NCBI GenBank assembly: GCA_041697335.1
Contig: JBGUGD010000031.1
Location: forward strand, 1-64,000
Reading direction: 5' to 3'
Length of the DNA stretch: 64,000 nt
DNA from: Vampirovibrionaceae bacterium NZW_1234
GTDB taxonomy: Bacteria > Cyanobacteriota > Vampirovibrionia > Vampirovibrionales > JAGQHJ01
Part shown: in pieces, positions 50,726-60,789 of the stretch
Layout of the letters: each line of letters opens with the position of its first letter
Position numbering within the stretch: position 1 is the first letter of the stretch
Made by a program: the position numbers and the translations under genes
The notes under the pieces: model-generated
Databases searched by the model: none
The model's input: only the letters and a program-made list of their open reading frames with translations
Told to the model about the DNA's origin: nothing

Positions 50726-51011
50726 GCCTGGCCCCTTTCACATTCCCATCATCCCAAATAAGGGTGTCATTATACTGCTAACATTGTCCGCTGTTAATGT
50801 ATCCATCCGGATCAACCCAATGCTGACGGATACGGATATCTTTTTGGATCGTTATTGAAGCGCTCTGGATAAGGGAAACGGGATTATAAACATTTGTAAC
50901 GATTTGCTTAACAATTTGCACGATTCTCGCTTCACGATCGTTATTTGAGTGGAATTGATAGACACACGTATTCACGACACACCCACCACCCATTGGAAAG
51001 GATACACCCCC

Positions 51012-51566
51012 ATGAGCATTACCCTCAACTCTGGCGTGCGCTTTGGCGCACAATTCGATCAGTCCAAGCCCGCAAAAACGGAATTTGACGTGTTTGGCAT
51101 GCCCGAAAACAACTACGAAAACAAGACCAACAGTAAAATCGAACTCGTCGATATGCTGTCCGGCGCCCCGGTTGACTCGTTACTGAACGTCAAAGACCCT
51201 GAGACCAAACAACCGTTGATTACAGCACAAGACGTTTTCAACTGGACCAAATATGACCATATGGTCAATAAAAGAGACTGTCCGGCCTATACCCGCGTCA
51301 AAGTTAATCCGCTCATCGCATTGGCCGCTGGACTTGCTCATGGCGCCGACTTTGGTCGTTGTGGCTGGAGAGCCCTGGACTTAGGGCCTCTGAAGCAGGA
51401 GTTTCCACGAGTCTTTAATGCCGTTGCGACTCGCGTCGGCAAAAAGATTGAAGAACTGAAAAGCCTGAACGCGGCTACAGCAGGGTTATACCCCGTTATC
51501 GACTTTATTGCCAAGAACACCGACAAGTACTACATGGACGGTGATAAAGCCGTTTTAATGGACTAG
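51012..51566 (+). CDS. Hypothetical protein with RFG leader (MSITLNSGVRFG)
   Basis: AAAGGA RBS; 184 aa; followed by a terminator. Confidence 0.75.
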   Translation: MSITLNSGVRFGAQFDQSKPAKTEFDVFGMPENNYENKTNSKIELVDMLSGAPVDSLLNVKDPETKQPLITAQDVFNWTKYDHMVNKRDCPAYTRVKVNPLIALAAGLAHGADFGRCGWRALDLGPLKQEFPRVFNAVATRVGKKIEELKSLNAATAGLYPVIDFIAKNTDKYYMDGDKAVLMD

Positions 51567-51589
51567 CTTTACTTTTAAACCCACTTAAA

Positions 51590-51621
51590 AAAACGCCTCC
51601 ATGAATCCATGGAGGCGTTTT
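51590..51621. terminator. Bidirectional intrinsic terminator
   Basis: aaaacgcctccatg-aatc-catggaggcgtttt between convergent genes, with A and T tracts on both sides. Confidence 0.8.
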
Positions 51622-51664
51622 CGGTTTTTTAAACGGGTTATAGAGTTTTCCAGAGATTCGATCA

Positions 51665-54600
51665 TTAAGCCCCTTCGACTTCCCCATCGACGGGAAGGCC
51701 ATGTGCTGACAGCGCCGACTTGGGAGCAAGGATGGCTGAAATGGAGGGTTTTGATAAATATTTACGAGCAACCTCCTGCACCTGTTGCGGTGTCACAGAT
51801 TCCAGGGCAGCTGCCAGTTCCAGGTTGGACAGGTGTTTGCCGCTTCGATGTGCAACCAGATGATTGCTCACATCTGCCGATTTCTGGGTGTCTGCCAGAA
51901 TATTGCTCTTCATCAGCAAACGCACCCGCTTCATCTCTTCAGCGCTGGGAAGTGTGGTCATCAATTTATCCACTTCCGCCTGGAAGAGTTGCCGAACCAA
52001 CGTGATGTTATCCGGATCGGTGCCGATGTAAAACTTGAAGGTGCCCCCTTCTTCGTTGGCTTCATGCTTCGTATAGACTTGATAACACAAGCCCTTCTCG
52101 CCTTCCCGAAAGGTCTGGAACAGGCGTGAACTCATCCCGGCATTTAAGATGCCATTCAGCATGGCCATGGGCACTCGGTCCTCGTGGGCTTTGGAAGGGG
52201 CAATCCAGGCGCGCATAATTTCGGCCTGTTTAATGTCTTCCCGACTTTTCGTGACGACTTTACTGGCTGAAATTGTCGCGGGCTGAACCGCTGGAATCAT
52301 CGGAGGCTCATCCTGAAGCGGTGCGAGTATTTTGGCCATCTGAGATTTAACCTGGTCCGCCTTAACCTTGCCCACAACACCAATGGTGATATTCCCTTTG
52401 CGAAACAGCTGCTGAAAGGCGCGTCGCAAATCATCGGTCGTTATCTGATCCTGCAAGGCAATGGCCCGGCCCGTCGTCGCTCCGTAAGGATGCTCTTTGG
52501 GATAAATGGCTTCATGCAAGAGATCGGCAACCACTCGCTGAGGTTTTTTATCGACATCTGACTGATAATCTTGGGCTTCCTGTTTGCGCACAAAATCCAG
52601 GTCGGCTTGTGTAAACGCAGGCCCCGAGAGGAGTTTTCTTAAAACTCGGAACATGACTTGCTGAGGGGCTTTTTCCGAAAGGCCTTCGATGTGGATTTTG
52701 GTCAGATCGGGTGTGGTCACGATATCCATATCAAGCCCTTCTGCTGCCAAAGCATCTTGCACGGCTTCAGCCGGAAAATCCGGTGTTCCCCGTTCAATCA
52801 TCTTGGCCAGCAGATCGGTTTCACCGAGTTTCGAATCGGCTCGATTACCGCCCTTGATACCTAGGGTGATGGCTGTTTTCAGAGACGTTGGCCGTTCCTG
52901 GACAATCAACTCGGCCCCGCCGGGAAGAATAAAAGATTGGTCCGAAGCCCTTAACTGACCGGAAAATCGCAGCTTCCCAGAGAACTTAGGGGCTTCTGGC
53001 TTGGGCGTAGCATTTTTCTTGAGCTTCTTGGCGTTAAGACCGTAATCGGCAGGCACAAGCGACACGGTCCGGCTTGCGCCGTCGGTTAGATACTTTCTGG
53101 CAACCGCCTGAATATCTTGCGAAGTAATGCTGTCAAGATACTTTAGCGAGTTTCCTAAGGACGACTTCAACGATCCTCCCCGTATGGTCGAGGCCAAGGT
53201 ATAAATCACCTCGTCCTGGGTCTCGGAATGATCGGCAAAATCACTCTTCAGCATCATTTTGGCCTTCTTCAGCTCTTTATCGCTCACGCCATGATCGGCA
53301 ATCTGAGCAAATGCATCCCGAATCTGGGCCTTGATTGTTTCCAGGTGCTCCGGCTGACAGGAGGACACCAGGTAGAACAAAGAACGTTCCTTCATTTCGT
53401 ATAAACCCAGATTGATGGCATTGGCTATCTGCTGTTTTTCTACCAGAGACTGATAAAGCCGGGAACTTTCGTCCCCTCCCAGAATGTTGGCCAGCAAATC
53501 CAGGGCAAGCAATGTTTTGCGGCTCGATGCCCCACCCGCGCCTGGAACCTGGAATCCCTGGGCCAGTGTGGCCATTTTTACCTGATCCCGCACCAGGCGG
53601 TTTGGCTGAATGCCTTGGGTCGACAAGGGCTTGGTGTAGGCCCTGGGTCTTTGTGAAGCCAGATTTGCCGGGTAGGTGCGGCCATGATCCTTGGGCGGGA
53701 AAGGTTTGTTATACTCCTCTGCCACAGTATGGAGAACTTCATTCATATCGAAGTCCCCAACCACAATGACGGCGCGATTTTGTGGGGCGTAGTGTTTGGC
53801 ATAATAGGCCAGAATTTCTTCCCGTGACAAATCACGAACCTTGAACCGGGTCCGCAACTCGGTTTCCGTCAGGGGTGTACCTAGGGGATTAAAGGGTGGG
53901 GCGCTCAGCAAATCCCGTGGCGTTAGCCCTCGTTGCTTCAGAAGCGCCTTCAGTTTTTTCGCCTTTTTGGTTTCATCCTCTGTAAACGGCTCACCCGAAA
54001 CACTGTGTGTTGGCAAACGCTCCGAGGACACTGCCAGGGCTTCCAAAACCTTACGCCAGGTTTGATGCTCCTTGGAGGCTGACTCCAGTGCAAAATTGGC
54101 ACTGGCTTTGGGGCCTGATGCCGGATCCAGGATCACCCGCAAATCATCGCCAATGTTTTTGGACGGCCCCAAAATGGGTCGACGGTAGGGATGATTGGCA
54201 AATACGCTTTCAAACAGGCGGTTGAACATCTGACTGTTTTTGCTGTTCTTGGAACGCTTAATTTCTTCCACAACGGTAAAGCGCTCTTTTAGAAGCTCTT
54301 CCGGAGGCAGCAACATATTCTGCACCTTCTCGGCTTCAATTCTGATGGCCTCGTTTAAGCCTTCCTTCGGCGTGTTGTAAATGTAATAAAACGTCCCATC
54401 GAAGCCCGTCCAAGCATTGACGCCAGCGCCCAAGTCCTCCAGCAACCGATCCGATTCTCCGGGCTTGAGGTTTGGCGTGCCTTTAAAAATCAGATGTTCC
54501 AGAAAGTGCGAGACGCCGTTGTTTTTTCGGGTCTCGTTGGCCGCGCCGGTTTTAATTAAAACACCGTAGGAAACCAAAGGAACGTCTTTCCGTTGGATGC

Positions 54601-54877
54601 CGTAAAATTCCATGCCATTGGAAAACCGGCGACGCTCAATCTTGCCGAATACCGGATCTTCAATGGGAGGCAACGTTTTCCAGGTTAATTTTGGATCCTG
54701 GCCAAACCGGACTGTGGCAGACAATGCCGTTGAATGCAAGTCCGACCATGGGGAGAAAGCTGTTGCAGAACCCGAAGCGGAAGATGGCTTATGGCCCCCG
54801 TCCGACTTTGGCAACCTTGATTTTAAACGAGTGTTACTTTTTCCAGCCTGAACACCTGAAACAAACATATCAGTCAT
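51665..54877 (-). CDS. M16 family Zn peptidase, fused catalytic and non-catalytic halves
   Basis: GVSHFLEHLIFKGT (HxxEH), NAWT, SSRLYQ; second half has SSRLFQ.FRE.EKGLCY but no HxxEH. Confidence 0.9.
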   Translation of the reverse strand: MTDMFVSGVQAGKSNTRLKSRLPKSDGGHKPSSASGSATAFSPWSDLHSTALSATVRFGQDPKLTWKTLPPIEDPVFGKIERRRFSNGMEFYGIQRKDVPLVSYGVLIKTGAANETRKNNGVSHFLEHLIFKGTPNLKPGESDRLLEDLGAGVNAWTGFDGTFYYIYNTPKEGLNEAIRIEAEKVQNMLLPPEELLKERFTVVEEIKRSKNSKNSQMFNRLFESVFANHPYRRPILGPSKNIGDDLRVILDPASGPKASANFALESASKEHQTWRKVLEALAVSSERLPTHSVSGEPFTEDETKKAKKLKALLKQRGLTPRDLLSAPPFNPLGTPLTETELRTRFKVRDLSREEILAYYAKHYAPQNRAVIVVGDFDMNEVLHTVAEEYNKPFPPKDHGRTYPANLASQRPRAYTKPLSTQGIQPNRLVRDQVKMATLAQGFQVPGAGGASSRKTLLALDLLANILGGDESSRLYQSLVEKQQIANAINLGLYEMKERSLFYLVSSCQPEHLETIKAQIRDAFAQIADHGVSDKELKKAKMMLKSDFADHSETQDEVIYTLASTIRGGSLKSSLGNSLKYLDSITSQDIQAVARKYLTDGASRTVSLVPADYGLNAKKLKKNATPKPEAPKFSGKLRFSGQLRASDQSFILPGGAELIVQERPTSLKTAITLGIKGGNRADSKLGETDLLAKMIERGTPDFPAEAVQDALAAEGLDMDIVTTPDLTKIHIEGLSEKAPQQVMFRVLRKLLSGPAFTQADLDFVRKQEAQDYQSDVDKKPQRVVADLLHEAIYPKEHPYGATTGRAIALQDQITTDDLRRAFQQLFRKGNITIGVVGKVKADQVKSQMAKILAPLQDEPPMIPAVQPATISASKVVTKSREDIKQAEIMRAWIAPSKAHEDRVPMAMLNGILNAGMSSRLFQTFREGEKGLCYQVYTKHEANEEGGTFKFYIGTDPDNITLVRQLFQAEVDKLMTTLPSAEEMKRVRLLMKSNILADTQKSADVSNHLVAHRSGKHLSNLELAAALESVTPQQVQEVARKYLSKPSISAILAPKSALSAHGLPVDGEVEGA

Positions 54878-55744
54878 CACACTACGATCCCAACTTAACG
54901 AATCACCAAATCGTATTTCAAATACAAACACAGAGTAAATGTTTAGTGCACTAAACCTGATACAGTTTGTAACACAGTGATCCTGGTATTCGGAGTTAAT
55001 CCTCTCTATGGGCTTCTTTCTCAGTCATGACACAGCACAAAAAAAGGGAGGCCCCAAGAGAACCTCCGCGATCATGGCGAATATAGGTCGTTGTCATGGT
55101 AAAACTGTTCGCCGAGATCCCAGGACTCAGCGAAAGAAACGTTAAAACAACACGCATGAACAGTGGCGTGTGTCATTGCAAATTTATAAAGTCAATTTTT
55201 ACCCGAGCCCGTAGAGGTGCCGAAACTGTAATTTGCGACACACGAAGCTACCACTCGAATTGCTTATTCGTGCCGTCTGCTACCTGGCATTGAAATACCC
55301 ATGCGCACGTTCACAACGGACTCTATCCATTCTTTGCCTCCAATGTGTCTATTAGCCCAGTCCTATGACCGTTTTAAATAACGAGATACATATATAAAAA
55401 AACAATTTGATTCTTTTTTGCTAGATCTAATGATTTCTTAAAGATCTCGGATATTGACTCGCAGAGACTCCGTCATGGATGCCCATTCACATGTTATCCC
55501 TTAGTTCCAAGATTCATGCGGGTGTTCATCCGGATGATCTTTTTTATTTTCACACGAAGACCCGTCATCGTTGCAGTCCTGCTGCTTTGTTGAGACTGTC
55601 CTAAACAAGCGAAAAGCAGGTCGGCGCAGAACTACACGCACCGACTCACAACCTGCGTAATCGATAAAAAGGGCCTGAGTCCCGCTTTTCAGCGAAACTC
55701 AGGCTAGACGTTTGTTCAATTTGGGTAGTTTACTTTTAAATGCG

Positions 55745-55999
55745 CTATTCTCTGTTGCGTCCACCACGGCTGGATTCGCCCCCCTTGCGGCCAATTTCAG
55801 ACATATGCTCTCGATCCTGACTGACCTTTTCGCCGCCTTTACGACCGGCTTCACGGGCTTCTTCCGAGGTGAATTCGTGAGCGGTCCCTCTTTCATGAGC
55901 AGCTTTGCCGCCTTTGCTGGCGATTTCACGTTGCTTTTCTTCGTCCATGGACGCAAACCCGCGATTGCTAGTGCCGCCTTCTTTCCCTGTATTCGCCAT
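55745..55999 (-). CDS. KGG-repeat general stress protein (YciG/GsiB-like)
   Basis: RGFASMD.EKQREIASKGG, AREAGRKGG, MSEIGRKGG; GGAG RBS. Confidence 0.9.
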   Translation of the reverse strand: MANTGKEGGTSNRGFASMDEEKQREIASKGGKAAHERGTAHEFTSEEAREAGRKGGEKVSQDREHMSEIGRKGGESSRGGRNRE

Positions 56000-56573
56000 A
56001 ACCTTCTCTCCTTCTCATTCATCTTGTCTTTGTATTCAGTTCGACAGTGATTTTTTAATAAACGCAATCTCGTCCTTCCCACATTTGCCACATTCAGGTA
56101 TAGCAATACGTCAAGATAAACGCTATTTCAGGTAGCTGAGTCGTTTTCGTGTTCTCAACCATAGCATCCCTATCACAACGATACTCAATGGTAATTGATT
56201 CCCATAGGTATTCTATTAGGCAAGTGGTTAGAGATATTAAGCTCAAACCTACGCCCAGCTTCTATTACAGCCTCCACCTCCAAATTATCGATGAAGACTG
56301 TCACTCCATACCAGAGTTATGAGGATGGTCAGGACCTGCCCTATACGATGGGTCCTGACCAATTAAAAAAGACATCGATTAATTTTCATAATCAGACTGA
56401 ACATCCGAGTTTTTTTCACCCGTTCTGCCCCAATCAACATTCTGATGACTCCATCCAAAGCCGAGCTATTGGACAAGAAGCCGACGACTATGGCACCCCA
56501 AGACAACTCCACCTTCTATTCTCGCTATTCTCGGGCGGAGAAAGCAATAAAACATCTGGGATGACAAAATAAA

Positions 56574-56649
56574 TGGTGGGCAGTACAGGATTTGAACCTG
56601 TGACCCCCACAATGTCAATGTGGTGCGCTACCAACTGCGCCAACTGCCC
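56574..56649 (-). tRNA. tRNA-Val(GAC)
   Basis: Reverse complement GGGCAGTTGGCGCAGTTGGTAGCGCACCACATTGACATTGTGGGGGTCACAGGTTCAAATCCTGTACTGCCCACCA: 76 nt cloverleaf, GAC anticodon, encoded CCA. Confidence 0.97.
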
Positions 56650-56864
56650 ACGGAAAAGCTATGAAATTGTCTTGATTTCGAATCTCAACTGAGAAACGAA
56701 TTGTATTCTAGCGGAAAGGTATTCGCCTTGACAAGGCCAAGCGTATTCCCAAGTCTTGACAAGCGTACAGAGCTTTTCGCCACATTCACCTCAGTTATAA
56801 TCATCCTTTACAGCGATCTGAAACAGATTTTGCCAGCCCCATAGATTTCACGTACAATAGGACT

Positions 56865-57521
56865 ATGTACACGTATCTCAACGGGATTCTGGCACACAAA
56901 GGCGAGCTCCCTACCGGCGGGGCCTATTTTGTGGTGGACGTCAACGGGGTGGGCTATCAAGTTCACACCAGCAATATGTCCTTGATTCATGCCCCCCAGA
57001 CCAATGCCCCCATCAAGGTCTTCACATCATTAATCGTGCGAGAAGACCTGATGCAACTCGTCGGCTTCCTGAGCCGGGAAGAACGGGATATGTTCGAGAT
57101 TTTGGGCACCGCTTCAGGAGTGGGTGCCAAAGTGGCTTTGGCCTTGATGTCATCCTTAACGGTTCCCGAGTTGGCCTCGGCCATTATGGGTGGCGACTTC
57201 AAGCGTTTGACGGCAGCCAAAGGCGTTGGTCCCAAGCTGGCCCAGAAAATTACCATTGAGCTGAAAGACAAGCTGTCTAAGTGGCGTGATGAACGCCTGA
57301 TGGACTCTCCCATCTCGTCTGGTTCAGAGCCTCTGGCGGCAAACGAAGCCTTCCAGGAAGCGGAAACGGTTCTCCTGTCTCTGGGCTACGATGTAAACGA
57401 GGTCTATCACAGCCTGAAACACATCCAGAGCACCTCGGAGAACGCCACCCGGCTCACCTCGGAAGAAGTGTTACAACACGCCCTCAAGTGGCTGGCGACC
57501 CATCCGACCCCATCGGCTTAG
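56865..57521 (+). CDS. ruvA: Holliday junction branch migration protein RuvA
   Basis: DVNGVGY, VRED..L.GF, SGVGAK.A, KGVGPKLA.KI..ELKDK, L.SLGY. Confidence 0.95.
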   Translation: MYTYLNGILAHKGELPTGGAYFVVDVNGVGYQVHTSNMSLIHAPQTNAPIKVFTSLIVREDLMQLVGFLSREERDMFEILGTASGVGAKVALALMSSLTVPELASAIMGGDFKRLTAAKGVGPKLAQKITIELKDKLSKWRDERLMDSPISSGSEPLAANEAFQEAETVLLSLGYDVNEVYHSLKHIQSTSENATRLTSEEVLQHALKWLATHPTPSA

Positions 57522-57524
57522 CAA

Positions 57525-58505
57525 CTACCAGCCCACAGACAGGTTAGCCTCTTGGCCCATTGCATCATGTGCCTTAAGTTGCGTCAGACTGGGTTGTACC
57601 GTTCCCCCCCATTCAAACACGGTAAACCCCTGGCGTTGAACCGGCATGAGGGTTTGGGGCGCTAAGCCCTCCAAATCCTCTGGCGATGGGTTTGGAACCG
57701 CAATCAGCAGCACCCGCTGCAGCGTGTCTGGTGTGGGTGTTACGGTCATGGGCAGCAAGGCCTGAACGGCCTCATTCTGCAGGTAGCTCAGCTTATAGCT
57801 GGCGACAGAGGCATCCCGGGTCAAATCAGTGAGCCAGAAATCCATAAACTCAAATTTCTCGCCCTGGAGAAGCCCCAGGGTATCCAGGGTTTCTTCAAAA
57901 AAGTCCGACAGGTCCTCGACATCCACCAGCCAGCCTTCGACCATACGGGGGGTTTCATTCAGCGGGTGATAACCGTCCCAATATAAATACGGGTATTCCC
58001 CGGTTTCCTGAATTTCCCGCAAATAGAAAAAGCCATGTTGATTGGGATCATACTGTTTCAAATCGGTCAACTCAGGTTGCAAGTCTTTTAACGACCCATC
58101 GGGATGGGCCAGGACCCGCCATCCATGGTGGGGATGATAGCGAGGAATATCGATCTCAAGCTTAATCATCGGATCCAGGGTCACCTGCACTTCCATGTCC
58201 TCAGGGGGATACAGATAGACGGCAGGTTTTTTCACAAAGCCACTGCCCGGAACCGAATCCGGCAGATTCTGGGCTCCGGGAATAGGAACCGCGCAAAAAT
58301 GGGGCCCATCTTCCCGCCGACCGAAGAAGAGGTTCATCACGCGTTCGATGGCGGTTGAAAGCGAGTTGTTCAAGCCCGGACGATAATTGCTCCATCCCAG
58401 CCGAAATGCAGGACGACGATTTTCTGTACTGACATTACTATTGCTAGACGTGGTTGCCTCTGCTGGCCGGTTTTCTGGAACTTTCATCACGCACACCCTC
58501 GACAC
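57525..58505 (-). CDS. Conserved hypothetical protein (KPxxYLYP ... EWGG type)
   Basis: KKPAVYLYP, YPYLYWDG, F..FW, P.PDT..RV, R.GFTVFEWGG. Confidence 0.75.
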   Translation of the reverse strand: MSRVCVMKVPENRPAEATTSSNSNVSTENRRPAFRLGWSNYRPGLNNSLSTAIERVMNLFFGRREDGPHFCAVPIPGAQNLPDSVPGSGFVKKPAVYLYPPEDMEVQVTLDPMIKLEIDIPRYHPHHGWRVLAHPDGSLKDLQPELTDLKQYDPNQHGFFYLREIQETGEYPYLYWDGYHPLNETPRMVEGWLVDVEDLSDFFEETLDTLGLLQGEKFEFMDFWLTDLTRDASVASYKLSYLQNEAVQALLPMTVTPTPDTLQRVLLIAVPNPSPEDLEGLAPQTLMPVQRQGFTVFEWGGTVQPSLTQLKAHDAMGQEANLSVGW

Positions 58506-58643
58506 TCTCGAACTTTAAAAATGGATGTTATTACCCCTTCGACCCACTTCGCAAAAAACTTAAGTAATTCGGATCAATGCGCACAGAACAACTTTATGCC
58601 GATTAACATCACCTCTCCGAATTGATTACAGTCACGCCAAAAG

Positions 58644-58672
58644 TCAGGCCCCGCCATATTCGTGGGGCCTGA
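58644..58672 (-). terminator. Hairpin downstream of the diguanylate cyclase
   Basis: tcaggcccc...ggggcctga stem. Confidence 0.5.
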
Positions 58673-58706
58673 AGTCACTTCTGAAATACTCAGTATCAAA
58701 GCCGAA

Positions 58707-60659
58707 TTACTCGGCCGAATCCTCACTTCTGGAGGATTTGGGCGGTGCATAAAGCTGTTGCACCAGATCCGGGGTGATGTCATAGACACTTTTCTTTTGG
58801 CCCTTAAAATAAGCCCGAACCTGATTACGCCCATTTTCCTTACAGGCATACAAGGCATCATCGGCCAACTCAAACAGTTCTTTCATTTCGGCAGAATCCA
58901 TCCCGGCCATGGCAAACCCAACAGAAACAGTCACCTGGAGTTGCTGATCGTCATAATGCAAAACGCTATCCTGAATTTTCTGCCGAATCCCTTCCAGAAA
59001 GCATCCTGCCGTCATCGGGTCGGTATCGGGCATCAGGATACAAAATTCTTCACCGCCATAGCGAAACACCATATCATCATGCTCGGCCCGAAGGGAACCG
59101 GTCAAAAGCTGACTGACGTGCTTCAGCACCGCGTCGCCCACGACATGGCCGTTGGTATCGTTGAACTTTTTAAAATGGTCAATATCAAATATAGCCAGCG
59201 CCAGAGGCGTTTTATTGGCCAGGGCTTCACTGAAGCGCTCGGCAAATATCTGTTCAAAGTAGCGGGTATTATAAAGCCCGGTCATCCGGTCGGTAATGGA
59301 CGCACTGTAGAGACGGGTTTTATGCAGGTTCACCGCCGCCTGATCGGCCAGCCCCAACAGCAGTGCAATATCTTCTTCACTAAAGCGGCCCAGGGGGTCC
59401 AGGACTTTATCGCCGTCTTCCGTCACCAGGATCTTATTCGTCATATTAATGACGCCTTCCAGCTCGTTGCCGTAAATAATGGGGACAGAAGCAATACAAT
59501 ACACTTCGTGCTGGCTGACCTGGGGAATGTGATTGCGATCATTCACCCGGATGGGTTTTCGGGTCAGACCACACTGCCCGGCGATTCCCTCACCAATGGC
59601 ATAGGCCTTGGTCTCTTTCAGGCCGTTGTTAATATCATCCCGTTCAAACGAGGGAATATCGCCCCAAACCACTTTAATTTCCAGCTTCTGAGTCTGCTTG
59701 TTCAAGATCATCAGGTTGCCTTTTTGCGCATTCAACGCCTCAACCGCCGTGGACAGGGTCTTGATGCACAGGCGTTTGAAATCGTTGACGTTGGCAATTT
59801 GCTGGTTGATGTTGTACAGGGTCTGAATATTATTCAGGATGCGAATGTTCTTCTCGTATTTCAGCGTCGAATCAATGTTGGTGGTGGCAATGGAGGCCAG
59901 CTCCTGCAAGAAGGAAAATTCCGACTGCGGAATCTGGCTGCCGTCCTGACGCTCGCCCAGGGTCAAAATTCCCAGAACATCGCCACTTTTGATCAACGGA
60001 CACCAGATGTCCGAGCCCAACACACCCAGATTCCACTGCTGCCAGGCCGACTCGAAACGCGGGTGCTTTTGCATGTCCTGGACGCTAAACACGTGGCCTT
60101 GCTTGATGATTTGCCATAACAGCCCCTCATCCTTGGGGAACTTGAACATGTATAATGACTCATCCCATTGCTCTTCGCGATAGGTATCCGGCAGGCCATA
60201 GTAAGCTTTCACCCGATAATACTCGCGGCTGGAATCGAGATCATCTTTTAAAAGCACCGTGGAGTTGATGGCGCCGTATTTCTCCCGAACCACGGCCATA
60301 AAGGAATCCAGAAGCTGCTTCAAATTCAGGATATTGCTAAACCCTTTGCCCGATTGAAGCAGGGCCCGCATTTCAAATATCTGGATATCCTGCTGAATGG
60401 CCTTGGTCTTGTAATAGTCCAATTCCGACTTGACCTGCACCAGGTTTTTATCCTCTTCACCCGAACCTGGTGGAACCGGAATCGTTGCGTGTTCCGGCAC
60501 GGCATAAAACCGATTGTCTTCCAAAGCAGTATCATAAATAGGCATGCGTCTTGACGTACCCCCTTGATCGTCCATGTTCAGAATCACACCACGATTAATG
60601 GCGTCCCAGTCTTGGGTATCGGACCCGGTAAGATTGCGTTCTTGCTTTCGCTGCGACAT
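58707..60659 (-). CDS. GAF-GAF diguanylate cyclase
   Basis: D.MTGLYN, DIDHFK.FND..GH..GD, RYGGEEF, AD.ALY..K..GRN; two GAF-like segments. Confidence 0.92.
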   Translation of the reverse strand: MSQRKQERNLTGSDTQDWDAINRGVILNMDDQGGTSRRMPIYDTALEDNRFYAVPEHATIPVPPGSGEEDKNLVQVKSELDYYKTKAIQQDIQIFEMRALLQSGKGFSNILNLKQLLDSFMAVVREKYGAINSTVLLKDDLDSSREYYRVKAYYGLPDTYREEQWDESLYMFKFPKDEGLLWQIIKQGHVFSVQDMQKHPRFESAWQQWNLGVLGSDIWCPLIKSGDVLGILTLGERQDGSQIPQSEFSFLQELASIATTNIDSTLKYEKNIRILNNIQTLYNINQQIANVNDFKRLCIKTLSTAVEALNAQKGNLMILNKQTQKLEIKVVWGDIPSFERDDINNGLKETKAYAIGEGIAGQCGLTRKPIRVNDRNHIPQVSQHEVYCIASVPIIYGNELEGVINMTNKILVTEDGDKVLDPLGRFSEEDIALLLGLADQAAVNLHKTRLYSASITDRMTGLYNTRYFEQIFAERFSEALANKTPLALAIFDIDHFKKFNDTNGHVVGDAVLKHVSQLLTGSLRAEHDDMVFRYGGEEFCILMPDTDPMTAGCFLEGIRQKIQDSVLHYDDQQLQVTVSVGFAMAGMDSAEMKELFELADDALYACKENGRNQVRAYFKGQKKSVYDITPDLVQQLYAPPKSSRSEDSAE

Positions 60660-60789
60660 TGTCCCGGCTCAGCTGTCTTACACAGACGGTATCGGAACAC
60701 GAACGGGATTCTTGAGCCCCCTTCACAAAACTGTACGATTGACCGGGATTCAGGCGAGTGCGTGACCCAGGATAGCCACTCAGCGTATA

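Noticed and set aside
37520..54973. Recurrent TGTAAC/GTTACA hexamers in intergenic regions as a regulon motif for RFG genes
   Set aside because: Too short, with inconsistent spacing and orientation; needs formal motif statistics.
54900..56650. Integrated element at tRNA-Val
   Set aside because: The flank is AT-rich and gene-poor, but I found no integrase or duplicated tRNA 3' end by eye.
57525..58505. PAFRLG as another RFG leader
   Set aside because: Residue order differs and the preceding segment contains several acidic residues; not counted.
58662..60119. 485-aa plus-strand ORF (likewise 28912-30171, 21013-21963 and 4681-5727)
   Set aside because: Antisense or alternate-frame shadows of well-supported genes.
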